From Mobula birostris (Eukaryota), in assembly GCF_030028105.1 (NCBI RefSeq), contig NC_092380.1:29289144-29353143 (forward strand): DNA of 64,000 nt, read 5' to 3'. Position numbers and translations under genes: made by a program. Below the pieces are notes generated by a model. It was not told where the DNA came from. It saw only the letters and a list, made by a program, of their open reading frames with translations, and did not search any database. This document shows, piece by piece, positions 48,890-60,299 of this stretch. Numbering within the stretch: position 1 is the first letter of the stretch; each line of letters begins with the position of its first letter.

Positions 48890-49513
48890 ATGACCGAGAC
48901 CGCAGAAGTGGCCCCACCAGCGGCACCCGCCTCTGCAACCAAGGCTGCCAAGAAGAAGAAGGCGGCCGTCCGGACCAAGTCAACCGGTCCCAAACTGGGC
49001 GATCAGATCGACAAGATTGTGGCCGATTGCCGCAGTCAGCGAGGGGTGTCCGTAGCCGCGATAAAGAAGAGTTTGGCCAGCAGCGGCGTCGATGTACAAA
49101 AGCTGAAAGGTCAGATCAGGATGGCCATTAAAAGGAAATTGGATAAAGGCACCCTGGTTCACACTAAGGGCGCAGGTGCCTCCGGCTCCTTGAGAGCCGC
49201 TAAAAAAGAACATACCGGGAAAGTCGTGAAAAAAGCGAAGAAACCAGCGGCCAAGGCATCTAAGACCAAGAAGGCAGTGACCAAGAAATCTGTGGCCAGG
49301 AAAACAGGTGCCAAGAAATCTCCCGCCAAAACCAAAGGGGTTAAGAAAACTGCGGTTAAAAAAGCGGCAGCTAAGAAAACAGCGACCAAGAAGACCGCGC
49401 AGAAGCCCAAGAGTCCGAAGAAGGTCGCAGCCCCCAAGGTGGCCAAGAAGTCGGCAAAACCCAAGCCGAAGGCAAAATCTGTGAAAGCCAAGGCAGCGGC
49501 CAAAAAAAAGTAA
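48890..49513 (+). CDS. H1: Linker histone H1 with divergent globular domain
   Basis: MTETAEVAP N-terminus, globular domain ending KGTLVHTKGAGASGS, long Lys/Ala-rich tail with SPAK and SPKK; stem-loop downstream. Confidence 0.95.
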   Translation: MTETAEVAPPAAPASATKAAKKKKAAVRTKSTGPKLGDQIDKIVADCRSQRGVSVAAIKKSLASSGVDVQKLKGQIRMAIKRKLDKGTLVHTKGAGASGSLRAAKKEHTGKVVKKAKKPAAKASKTKKAVTKKSVARKTGAKKSPAKTKGVKKTAVKKAAAKKTATKKTAQKPKSPKKVAAPKVAKKSAKPKPKAKSVKAKAAAKKK

Positions 49514-49546
49514 ATAAGAAATCGCTCTTATAAACCTGAAACCAAC

Positions 49547-49562
49547 GGCTCTTCTAAGAGCC
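49547..49562 (+). terminator. Histone 3' stem-loop (H1)
   Basis: GGCTCTTCTAAGAGCC plus ACCCA; GGAAAGAGCT at 49577-49586. Confidence 0.92.
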
Positions 49563-49842
49563 ACCCACATCTTCCAGGAAAGAGCTGTGCAGATTTCGTG
49601 TGGTACTTTGGTGGCTATGTTTTTCCTCAAACTATTACAAATTAAAATCTCTTTAAATTTTCTGCCCCAGCTCCTGTTTCTGGCAGGACTGAATTCACTC
49701 ACCTCGAGAAGCTATTCAGTACATGTGCAAACATTCAGATTCAGATATCTGAGGGAAATAAAATGATTGTTTAAATTGAATTGAAATTGGATGATTCGTG
49801 ATTCTATTAATTGTAAGAAACTAGCCCCGGTTGCTCTAGAAA

Positions 49843-50092
49843 TTGGCGGGCGATTTGAAATTGAACGAGCATCAAATCTCTGCAGTTAGATTGGTTGAAT
49901 TATGATCGTCCGTCACCATTTTCCATATTTGGGCACAAATAACGCCTGTATTTCTCACCCCTTCCCCACGCCGGATAGCTGCAAACTGATTAAGCAAAGG
50001 CATCCAATCGCACCGTTGAAACCCTATGATGGACATCTCCATTCCAACCAATCAGAGGGAGCTGGGCGGCCCTTCATCAACTCTTTAAAAGC
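49843..50092 (+). promoter_or_regulatory. H3 promoter
   Basis: GGCGG-N4-TTTGAA at 49845-49859; CCAAT at 50004 and 50048; TTTAAAA at 50084-50090. Confidence 0.75.
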
Positions 50093-50154
50093 CAGACCCA
50101 GCGTCTGCTCTGACACTTCAATCCTGATATTTCAGGCTGTGATCGCACTGCTGA

Positions 50155-50571
<417 letters not shown>

Positions 50572-50600
50572 ACCTGACCTCGGCACCAAGCACAACAAAA

Positions 50601-50616
50601 GGCTCTTTTCAGAGCC
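50601..50616 (+). terminator. Histone 3' stem-loop (H3)
   Basis: GGCTCTTTTCAGAGCC; GAAAAGGGCT at 50631-50640. Confidence 0.95.
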
Positions 50617-51252
50617 ACTAATCCGGCAGAGAAAAGGGCTCTGAGTTCCAGTTTGTTATCCTTTCGTGTTGAGGACGCATCATTCCCCTCTGACCTTTCC
50701 TTGTGGGTGTTTTGTTCGAATGTCCCTTTTGGTCTCGAACTCCAACATGGAAAAATTGCAGTTTTGTGCCTTTGGGTCATCGGCAGCAAACGCCAGATAC
50801 AACCTCTTACCCCACAATCCAAGTGTCGTTGTCCCACACCACTGCCGTGTACAGGTGGTTATTGTGGGCATGGTTTCCAGTTTTCGGTTGTTACTGTTTT
50901 GGAGATTGGGTTTTAATACATGCAGTTTCCCTTTTATTAACCAGTCCTATTTCTAGTCGCGTATAAGTTCACGGGGTCAAAAGAGTTTTCAGATGCTAGG
51001 ATTCCGGTTCTTTCACAACAAAACCTTTTTTTCACGTTACCAAGTCACCTTAGACCGCATTTTAAACTGATGATATTTATACACAGACCGACCTCGACCG
51101 CGAATATAAACTGCATCCACTTTTGGAAGCTAAATGATCAGAAACATTCAAACTGGTGAGTTAAAAAACACTCCGCCTGTTACTGTAATATATATCTTCA
51201 CTGAATTAATGAGTCAAACACATACTTTTGTAGGCTACCGATCATAAACAAC

Positions 51253-51375
51253 TTTCGGCGGGATTTTCAACTTTTCGATCATCCGGGGAACTAGCTGGCA
51301 GTAACTTTCGGCGCTTTTCTTTCTGCTCTCTGTTCATTGGTTAATAAGGCAGCTCTCTGATGGGCTTACCGGGTT
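51253..51375 (+). promoter_or_regulatory. Orphan copy of the H2A-type promoter with no gene downstream
   Basis: 51299-51368 matches the reverse complement of 36701-36770 at 54/70 positions without gaps (hand alignment). Confidence 0.75.
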
Positions 51376-51809
51376 CATCAGGAATGAATGGGAATTTTAT
51401 CTCCAGACGCTTCATGTAACAACAGGGTTACGCGTGACCCGATGTCGTCCATTCTGGCCTGTTCTATCATAGGCCTCCAACTAACCCGAAACCGCATCCT
51501 TAACGGTCGACTCCAACATCTTCCCAATAGCACTAGGGTAAAAATAACCGGCCTATAATTTCTTGAAGAGTGGAGTGATATTTGTGATTTTACGGTCCTC
51601 TGACATCATGTCAGAATCTATTGATTCATGATAGGTCATTCCTGATACGTCCACAATCTCTTCAGCCACCTCTTTCAGCACCCTGAAGTGTAGCCCAGGT
51701 GACCTATCTCACCTTCAACTTCCCAAGTATTTTCTCCCTAGTTATGGCTACTTCTGGCCCCTGACAATTTCAAACTTATGAGCAGTGCTAGAGTCTTCCA
51801 CATCAAAGG

Positions 51810-52285
51810 AAACCACTCCACCCACTGTGTGGTGACTATTTGGATCCCAACACCACTGGAAGAATTAGAGGTGAACAGTTGGGATGGATTTAAATGGACT
51901 GTCGTGGAACAGAAACACTGGCAGGGACCAACTGGACTGAGTTATCTCCTGACTGAACACAAGGTGTGCTGTAAATTCACTGGCAGTCACTTTTGAATTT
52001 ACCTCTTCTTTCCAAAACTGTGGTGGTTAAGTATACAGCATGCAGCCTTTTTAAACCTTTTCCCCAGTAGTGTGCCACCGGGCTGGATGACTGAATGGGT
52101 TCCCACAGTCTGGGCAGGTGAATGACCTCTCCTCAGTGTGACCTGACTGGAGTCAAGAATGGGCACCTTCCCACAATCTGAGCGTGTGATCGGTCTCTCC
52201 TCAGTGTAAGTTCACTGGAGTGTCGGTAGGTGGGATCAGTATCCCTTGCCCCACAGTCTGAGCTGCTAAATAAGGGCCCTCTCAT
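51810..52285 (-). pseudogene. Third, heavily decayed zinc-finger paralogue (last fingers and 3' UTR)
   Basis: Minus-strand CACACTGAGGAGAGGTCATTCACCTGCCCAGACTGTGGGAA and CTGGGGAAAAGGTTTAAAAAGGCTGCATGCTG match the end of the ZNF ORF; the UTR resembles 28860-28930. Confidence 0.8.
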
Positions 52286-52419
52286 TTCAAATGGAAATGT
52301 GTGGAAATTTCTGGAATTCCATGTCTAAGTGTACAGTCTTTGGAATTCTCTGCCCCTTACATTGGGGAGGCCATGTGACTGGGTATACTTGAGGTGTAGA
52401 TAGATACCTCAAATATACC

Positions 52420-54700
52420 CACCATTGCATCATGGCTGATTTATTCTCCCTCTCAACCCCATTCCCCTGCCTACCTCCCATAACTTTTGACACTCATGAT
52501 GAACCAAGAACCCATCAAACTCCCCTTTAAATATAAACATTGACCTGGCCTCCACAGCTGACTGTGGCAGAGAATTTCACAGATGTACAATACAGTGGCT
52601 GAAGAAATTCCTGCTTGTTTGTGTTCTAAACAGATGTCCCTCTATCCTGAGGCTGTGCTAGACCTCCCACCTCCCTCAATAGGAAACATCCCCTCCATAT
52701 CCACTCTATCGCAGCCTTTCAATATTCTTGATCCTCATTCTAAACTCCACCAGCTGCAGGACCACAGCCATCAAACACTCTTTGTACATTAACCCTTTTG
52801 GTCCCGGAATCCTTCTTGTGAACTTCCACTGGACCCTCAACCCATCCACCACCACCGCAACTCTGGAATAATCCATTACTGCCACCCTCATGTCTGGTAT
52901 GCCTCCATTCCCCCAGCCTCCCCTTCCAAGTACCCTGAAACTTCTTCCTTAATAATGGATTCTAACATCTTCATCAGGCTAACTGCACTATAATTTCCTT
53001 TCTTTTGCCTCCCTCCATTTTTAGAATAAAATTAGAGCAGAGTATTTTTAAAAAAATATTTCCAGTCCTCCAGAATCTAGTAATTCTTGAAAGATCATTA
53101 CTAATATCTCCATAATCTCTTCAGTTTCCTTTTTCAGAAACCTGGGTTGTAGACCAGGTCCAAGTGACTTATCTACCTTCAGACCTTTCAATTTCCCAAT
53201 CATCTGCTCGTGATATTAATGACCTTCACTTCTTTCTCCTGGCACTTGAATTTCCAGCATAGTGTCTTCCACAGTGAAGACTGACACAAAATATTTATTC
53301 AGTTCATCCAACATTTCTTTATCCTCTCCTGTGTCATTTTCCACTATCAGCTCTTTATTCTTTATATTTCTGGAAAAAAAAAACAACTTTTGGTGTGATT
53401 TCTTTATATTATTGGCTAGCTTAACTTCATATTTTTTTCTCTCATTAAAGCATTTTGGCTGCCTTCTCTTGGTTTCTAGAAGCTTCACAATCCTCTCTCT
53501 CTATGCCCTCTCCTTTGCTTTAATTCTGTCTTTGTCTTCTGTTGTAAACCATGGTTGCCTCATCCTCCCATCAGAGTACTTTTTTGGAATTAATTTATTC
53601 TGCACCTTCTGAGTCATTCAGAGAAACTCGAGCCATTGCTGTTCTGACATCACCCCTGCTAGTCTTCCCTTCCAATTAACGTTGAGCAGTTCCTCTCTCA
53701 TGTCTCTGTAATTCCATTTACACCACTGTGGTACTGATACATCTGATTTTAGTGTCTCCCTCTGAAACTGCAAGGAAAATTCAATCATATTAAGATCATT
53801 ACCTCTTAAGAGTTCCTACCTTAAGCTCCCTAGTCAGAAATCTGGCTTATTTATCAACATCCAATCCAGAATTGCCTTCTGCCTTGGAGGTTTCAACTTC
53901 CAGCTGCTCTAAAAAGCCATCTTGTTGGCATTCTATACATTTCCTCTCTTGGGAAATCAGCACCAACTTGATTTTCCCAATCTATGTCTATGTTGAAATC
54001 CCCCATGACTATCGTACATGCCCCTTCCACATACCTTTTCTATATCGTATTTGAAATTTGATCCCACATCCTGCCTACTGTTTGGAGGCCTTCCATCAAG
54101 ATATTTTTTAACCTTGTAGTTTCTTCACTTTGTGCATAGCTATTCTACATCTTCCAAAACCTTTATCACCTCTTTCTAAGGATTTGATTTAATTTTAGCA
54201 GAGCTACCCCACCCCTTTTGCCTACCTACCATCCTTTCGATATAATGTGTATCCCTGGATGTGAAGCTCATAGTTATGATCTTCTTACAGCCACCACTCA
54301 GTAATACCCATGATGTCATACCTGCCAATCTCTAACTGCACTACAAGATCATCTACCTTATTCTACATACTGCGGGCATTCAAATATAACGGCTTCAGTG
54401 CTGTATTCATCACCCTTTTAGATTTTGCCCCTTTGTTACACCTGCTCATTCCACTGACTGCCAATTTACCCTATCATCTGCCTGTCCTTCCTCAGTCTCA
54501 ATACACACTGCACCTAGTTGTACACCAACCTCCCCTTCCTCTGCCTCATCACTCTGGTTCCCAGACCCTGCCATATTAGTTTCAACCCTGCCCTACAGCT
54601 TTAGCAATTTGCCTGCAAAGATATTGGTCTCATTCTGGTTCAAGTGTAACCTGGCCATTTTTTGGCACAGATCATACCTTACCCAGAAAATATCCCAATG
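52420..54700 (-). mobile_element. Degenerate CR1 ORF2 fragments
   Basis: KFTRRIPG, KKYEVKLANNIK and LNKYFVSVFTVED motifs on the minus strand. Confidence 0.8.
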
Positions 54701-55615
54701 ATGGGTTATGAAATATTGAAGTATATATATTCTACAAAGTAATCATAGGATTATGTCATAATTAAGTAGTTTAGTAGGCACACTTATGTGAGTTTGAACT
54801 ATTCTGTTAATGATCATCTTTAAGCAAGTAATAAGGATGTAAATTATGAAAAGGTATATTACTGTGAATAATAAGATTCATAATATTGAGTGACCCCAGT
54901 TTCTGAGACTTAAATGAATCCAGTCAAAGAAATTCCATTCATCATTTCAAAGTTCAAAGTAAATTTATTTATCAAAGTACATATATGTTACCATATACAA
55001 TGGTTCATTTTCTTGCAGGCATACTGACTAAATCCAATAACCATAATAGAATCAATGAAGGACGACATCAACCTGGCAGACAACCCATATGCAAAACTGT
55101 GCAAATAGATTGATGATTTCAGCTGATTCTTAATGAATATGATCAGCCAAATTATTTACAGTATGTCTTCATATTTGTCAGGGATAGGACTGTGCAAAAG
55201 TCTTAATCACATACATATAGACTAAGACTATTGCACAGTACTGTCTTTCTCAATGTGGAGTGGGAGCAAGGGGTATCAGGAATGGGATGGGTGGAGTGCT
55301 GTGGGAGGAGTGTAGGACAGATGGCAGAGGAGGAGTACCAGGGTTTGATGCGGAATCAGACACACTCGGCCCTCAGACATCAGGTACGGTAACTTGATTC
55401 CAAACAATTTGGTTTTTTTTAGTCATTGCAGAAAGTCTCTGATGCTTCCTGCTCCTTCACCCTTTCACAATCATGATTCCACTTTCCACTCTCAGCATAC
55501 ATTAGAGACTCATATCAGAATCAGTTTTATCACTTATATGTAATGAAATCTTCTTTTTGTGGCAGCAGTACATAAACTTACTGCAGTAGTGTGCAAAAAA
55601 TCTTAGGCACCCTAG

Positions 55616-55618
<3 letters not shown>

Positions 55619-55676
<58 letters not shown>

Positions 55677-55681
55677 TGTGT
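55619..55681. repeat. (TG)n microsatellite
   Basis: Direct. Confidence 0.98.
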
Positions 55682-55755
55682 ATTTATATATACTGTGTAT
55701 GTGTATTTTTTTTATGTGATTAAAATTTTTTCACAGTACTGTATGCAAGTACAAC

Positions 55756-58420
55756 TGTCATTGCGGAAAAAGAACTAACACTCAGACACGGAGAGAGATC
55801 GCTTCAGAACATCTTTATTGTAGCATGATATCATGGAGAGCCCATCCTCCTAAACGCGGAGATCGTGAGACTGTCTGGCAACGGGTCACGCTCTTATTTA
55901 TATCCCAAGCATACGAGAGGAAAACACATAATCAGAAGGAGGAACTTCAATGGCAGTTCTGCTGAGTACCAAAGTTGCAGGATATGTCCCTGAGCAGTTA
56001 CACATTTACTTCAGTGTTAATTTCTCAAAAGGGTATATCAGACCAGCTAAAGGAGTATATCAGACATGTGATGATTCTTAGAACAACAAATACAAACATT
56101 GTTATTTTAATCAGCCTGACTGAAAGGCACATTGTCAGCAGCACAGAGTACATTAGTCACAGTAGACTTTGATTTTACATTTGAAGATCATTAACCCTTC
56201 CTTGCTCAATACAGTGTCAACTCTGGATATTTTCTTCCACAACAACACTTCCTGCCTATACAGTAACTGCACCTGTTCCCCCTTAACTGCTAAGAGAAGG
56301 GCTAATGCAAAATGGTTTTGAAGAACCACCTTACACATGGTAAACATTTCTGTTGTTACATTTCCCAAGGCTTCAGCAGTGTCATTACTTTTTCTAGGGC
56401 TGCATCAACATTTTTAATCTCCCTTTTACTTGCGACACCATAAAATGGGAATAACATTGATGCAAAAACAATCTCCTTCTGAAATGCCTCGTTTACTTCT
56501 GAACTCAGGAAATAAAGCTAAGGTGAGTGTATATCTCAAGGTAGGAAAAATATACCCTAAATAACAAAATCCTAACCAATTATTGGAAGAGAGGTGAGGG
56601 CTCTGTTCCCACACAGGAAGCAGGTATTGTCCACAAACTTACACCATTTCATATTACTTGACAGGAGCTTTATTGAATTGTAATATTTTACTGATTATCA
56701 ATAATAATTCCTGAATCATTACCCCATTTTGGACATTGTGGAGTGTAATTGCATAAACTATTCCCTCCTAGAACGATACCTTCTGAAATCAAGCAAAAAG
56801 CCACTTATTTTGTAAACATATGAAAAGATTTAACAGCTTTGTCATGGACATCAAATATATTACAGGATAAGACATGAACAGGGTCAGATATGATATTCCC
56901 TCAATCATGTTGATTATATTTAAATAAATGATCCTGTTTAATGTGATTAGAGGTGGTGTGATCATTGTATAATTATAAATAAAAGAAATTCTGCAGGCGC
57001 TGGAAATCCAAAGCAACACACTGAAGGTCAGACAGAATTATTGGAAATTAATAAATGGTGAATCATAGGTATAATGTTTACATCGCTGTTGCTGGAATAT
57101 TTAATAAAAGGGGGTGCATGTTTGTTCTGGATCTGCAGGAAGGTGGAGTATTGGAGAATATTTGGAAGTGTGCTATATATTATTACATCACTGTCATCCT
57201 GTCTTGAGACATTAGAGACCCCTGCAGAGTCCATATCATGTCCATCATTTAATTCTCTGGAGTTCAGATGGTCTCGTTGTCATGGTCCAGTTCATGAAGT
57301 CCGTATTCCGGTTCACGGTCCGGTCCATCGACCCTTGCTCCAGGTTTTCCTGTCTACCCCGTTTCTGTTCTTGTTGAGCTCTAATTGAGGCAGCTGATGC
57401 TCGTTGGGGCTGGCTGCATAAATACCTCCAGAGACCAGGGCGTGGCTGCTGGATTGTCCTTGTCTTTACTCCTTGTATCCCTTCCTCTGCCTTCTGTCTC
57501 CTCGCCTGAAGCCCTGCCTTGTCTTGCCGGTAACTCTCGCCTCACCTGAAGTTCTTGTCTCGCCTTGCTTTGCCAGAAGCCTTGCCTTGTCTTGCCGGTA
57601 ACTCTCGCCTCACCTGAAGTTCTCGTCTTGCTTTGCATTGCCTGAAGCCTTGCCTTGTCTTGCTGGTAACTCTCGCCTGCAGTCTTGTCCTGGAGCCACC
57701 CTGTACCTAGCTCCCTTCCTGTCCCTTGCCTCCGCCCAGGTAAGCCAGGCCGTCTTGCCGTTACCTGCGATTGGTTCTGTCCCTTCCTGTCCCTTGCCTC
57801 CGTCGGGTAAGCCAGGCCATAAACTATGGTTGGTTCTGTCCCTTCCTAACCCTTGCCTCTGTCGGGTAAGCCAGGCCATCTTGCCGTTACCTGCAGTTGG
57901 TTCTGTCCTTTGCCTCTGTCAGGTGGTGATCCGTGCCCTGCCCAGGAGGAGCCTCTAGCCTCTGGCCTCCAGCCAAGCCTCCAGCCTCAAGCCTGAAGAC
58001 TCCTGCCTCCTGCCAAGTCTTGCCTCAGGTCTCCAGCCTCAAGCCTGAAGACTCCAGCCTCCTGTCTCCTGCCAAGCCTTGCCTCTAGTCTCTAGCCTCA
58101 AGCCTGAAGACTCCAGCCTCGTCCTGCCTGCCAGCCAAGCCTCATCCTTGCCTAGTTCTGGGGTCCGAGCCAGAGGCAAGACCCAGGTACTGGGTCCTTA
58201 TCCAGTCTCTGGCTCGGAGTCCAAGCCTGGGCTCCTAGCTCTCTTGTCCAACCCTTTTCCAGGTTCCCGGTTTTCCTGTCCATGTCCTTGCCCTCGCCCT
58301 GTATCCTAGTCCTGTCCCTAGTACTTCAGTGGCTGTGTCTTGCACTTCGGTCCATTCCAAGCCACCACCCTATGACACTCGCTGTCTTGGACAGTCCAAT
58401 GTAAGCTGCAGTTCCCTGGA
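55756..58420 (-). mobile_element. ERV env remnant with 3' LTR end
   Basis: W.GFCYLGY SU motif; furin site RSKR (56500-56489); VVLQNHFALALLLA immunosuppressive-domain-like motif (about 56323-56303); GATATAAAT, AATAAA and terminal TGACA at 55756. Confidence 0.8.
57278..58377 (+). mobile_element. Solo LTR (1100 bp), same family as 23744-24708
   Basis: TGTCA...TGACA; TSD CTCGT/CTCGC; inserted into the env remnant. Confidence 0.92.
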
Positions 58421-59175
58421 GCAACACAGAGAAAATGCTGGGGGAACTCAGCAGGCCAGGCAGCATCTAAAGAAAAGAATAACCAGTTGACTTTTTGGGC
58501 CAGGACTCTTCTTCAGGAAGGGGAGAAATCAGTGCAAGAAGATGGGGGAGGGAAGGAAGAAGTACAAGGGTGAGGTAAAGAGCTGGGAAGTTGATTAGTG
58601 AAAGAGATAAAGGAGATAAAGGAGTGGAGAGAAGGAATCTGATAGGAGAGGATAGGAACCATGGAAGAAAGGGTAGGGAAAAAGACACCGGAGGATGGTG
58701 ATAAGAAGGTAAGGAGCAGAGGGAAACAAGAATGTGGAATAGTAGGCGGTGGGGGCAGTTACCAGAAGTTTGAGAAATTGATGTTCATGCTGTAAGGTTG
58801 GAGGCTACCCAGAAAGAATATAAGGTTCTGCTCCTCCAACCTAGTGTGTCCTCATTGCAGCAGTAGAGGGAATCGGAAGTAGAATTGAAATGGGTGGCTA
58901 CAGGGAAATCCCACTTTTCTGGTGGATGAATGTAGGTGCTCAACAAAGTGGTCTCCCAATCTATGTTGGGTCTCACTGATATACAGGAGGTCACACTGGG
59001 AGTACCAGATACAGTAGATGACCCCAATAGACTTGCAGGTGAAGAGCCACCTCACTTGGAAGGACTGTTTGGGACCCTGAATGGTAGTGAGGGAGGAGGT
59101 GTAGGGGCAGGTGTAGCACTTGTTCTGTTTGCAAGGATTATTACCAGGAGGGACATCAGTGGGGAGGGATGAGCA
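58420..59175 (-). mobile_element. Penelope-like element 3' part
   Basis: FTCKSIGVIYCI..SQCDLLYISETQHRLGDHFVEHL GIY-YIG motif. Confidence 0.88.
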
Positions 59176-59179
59176 GATT

Positions 59180-60290
59180 TCAACTCCAATTGCAGTTGTG
59201 TGGAACCAGAGTGCCAGGGCAGCAAATGGAAGTAGACATTAACCCTACAAGCAATGAGAGAAACCGAAGGTTGATCATTGTGGGATTAATGTTCTGACCA
59301 ATTTTCTATTTCCACGCAAGGACAATTGTAAGGTAGATGAACTTAGAGCACGGATAAGCATGTTGAATTACAATGTTGTATTCATTATTGAGACTTGATT
59401 GTGTGAGGGACAGGTCAGCAGTTTAATGTTCCAGGGTTCTGTTATTTTAGACATGATAGAGAGGGAGGCATTAAAGGAGGAGGGGTAACATTACTCATGA
59501 GGAAAAATGTCACGGTAGTGCTCAGAAAGGACATACTGGAGGGCCTGTCTACTGAGGAATAAAAAGTCCTGCCAAATAGTCTCGGCCCGAAGCGTCAACT
59601 GTACTCTTTTCCATAGATACTGCCATATTGTTTGTTAATAAACAAGAGATGAGCACATTAATGTAACTATGGGCCTCCCAATAGTCGGCAGTATTTTGAA
59701 TTGCAGACAATTGCAAGAAATAAAACAGGTGATTTTTTAACTTTTCACAGATTGACTGGAACTCCTATATTGTAAAGGGATTGGATGTGATAGAGTTAGC
59801 AAAGTATATTCAAAAAAATTTCCTTAACCAATATGCAAAGTTCTCAGCTGGAGAGATTATGATACTGGTCTCCTCTTGTGGAATGAGACAGGGCGGGTGA
59901 CAGAAGTGTGTTTAATGGAACACTTTGCATGTAGTGATCATAACTCCATTAGTTTCAAGATAGTTATTCGGCAGGTTCTGATTGGACCATGAGTTGAGTG
60001 TTGACAGAATAGCAAGGAACAGAATTAGTCCTCTTGAGGATCAGTTTGCTTATCAATGCATTGAGCCAAAAGAGACTGGGATCTTAAGTGATTTTTTTAA
60101 AATCTGGATTTACTCGGGAGTCTATATCAAGTCTATATAAAGTAAATGGGGCAAAACAGCAGTGAGGTCCTGGACTGTACGTGGATTATATATGAGAAAG
60201 TGTTTGCTGCCTTGAGGAAAATTAAGCTGGATTAATCCCTAGGGGGCCTGAAAAGGTCTCTTGGCCGAGATATTTAAAATAGCCTTAATA
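59180..60290 (+). mobile_element. Degenerate CR1 ORF2 (endonuclease region)
   Basis: Parallels 8780-10180 (GATGAACTTAGAGCA.GGAT, GGAGGAGGGGT, ATTGACTGGAACTCC). Confidence 0.8.
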
Positions 60291-60299
60291 CTAATAACT

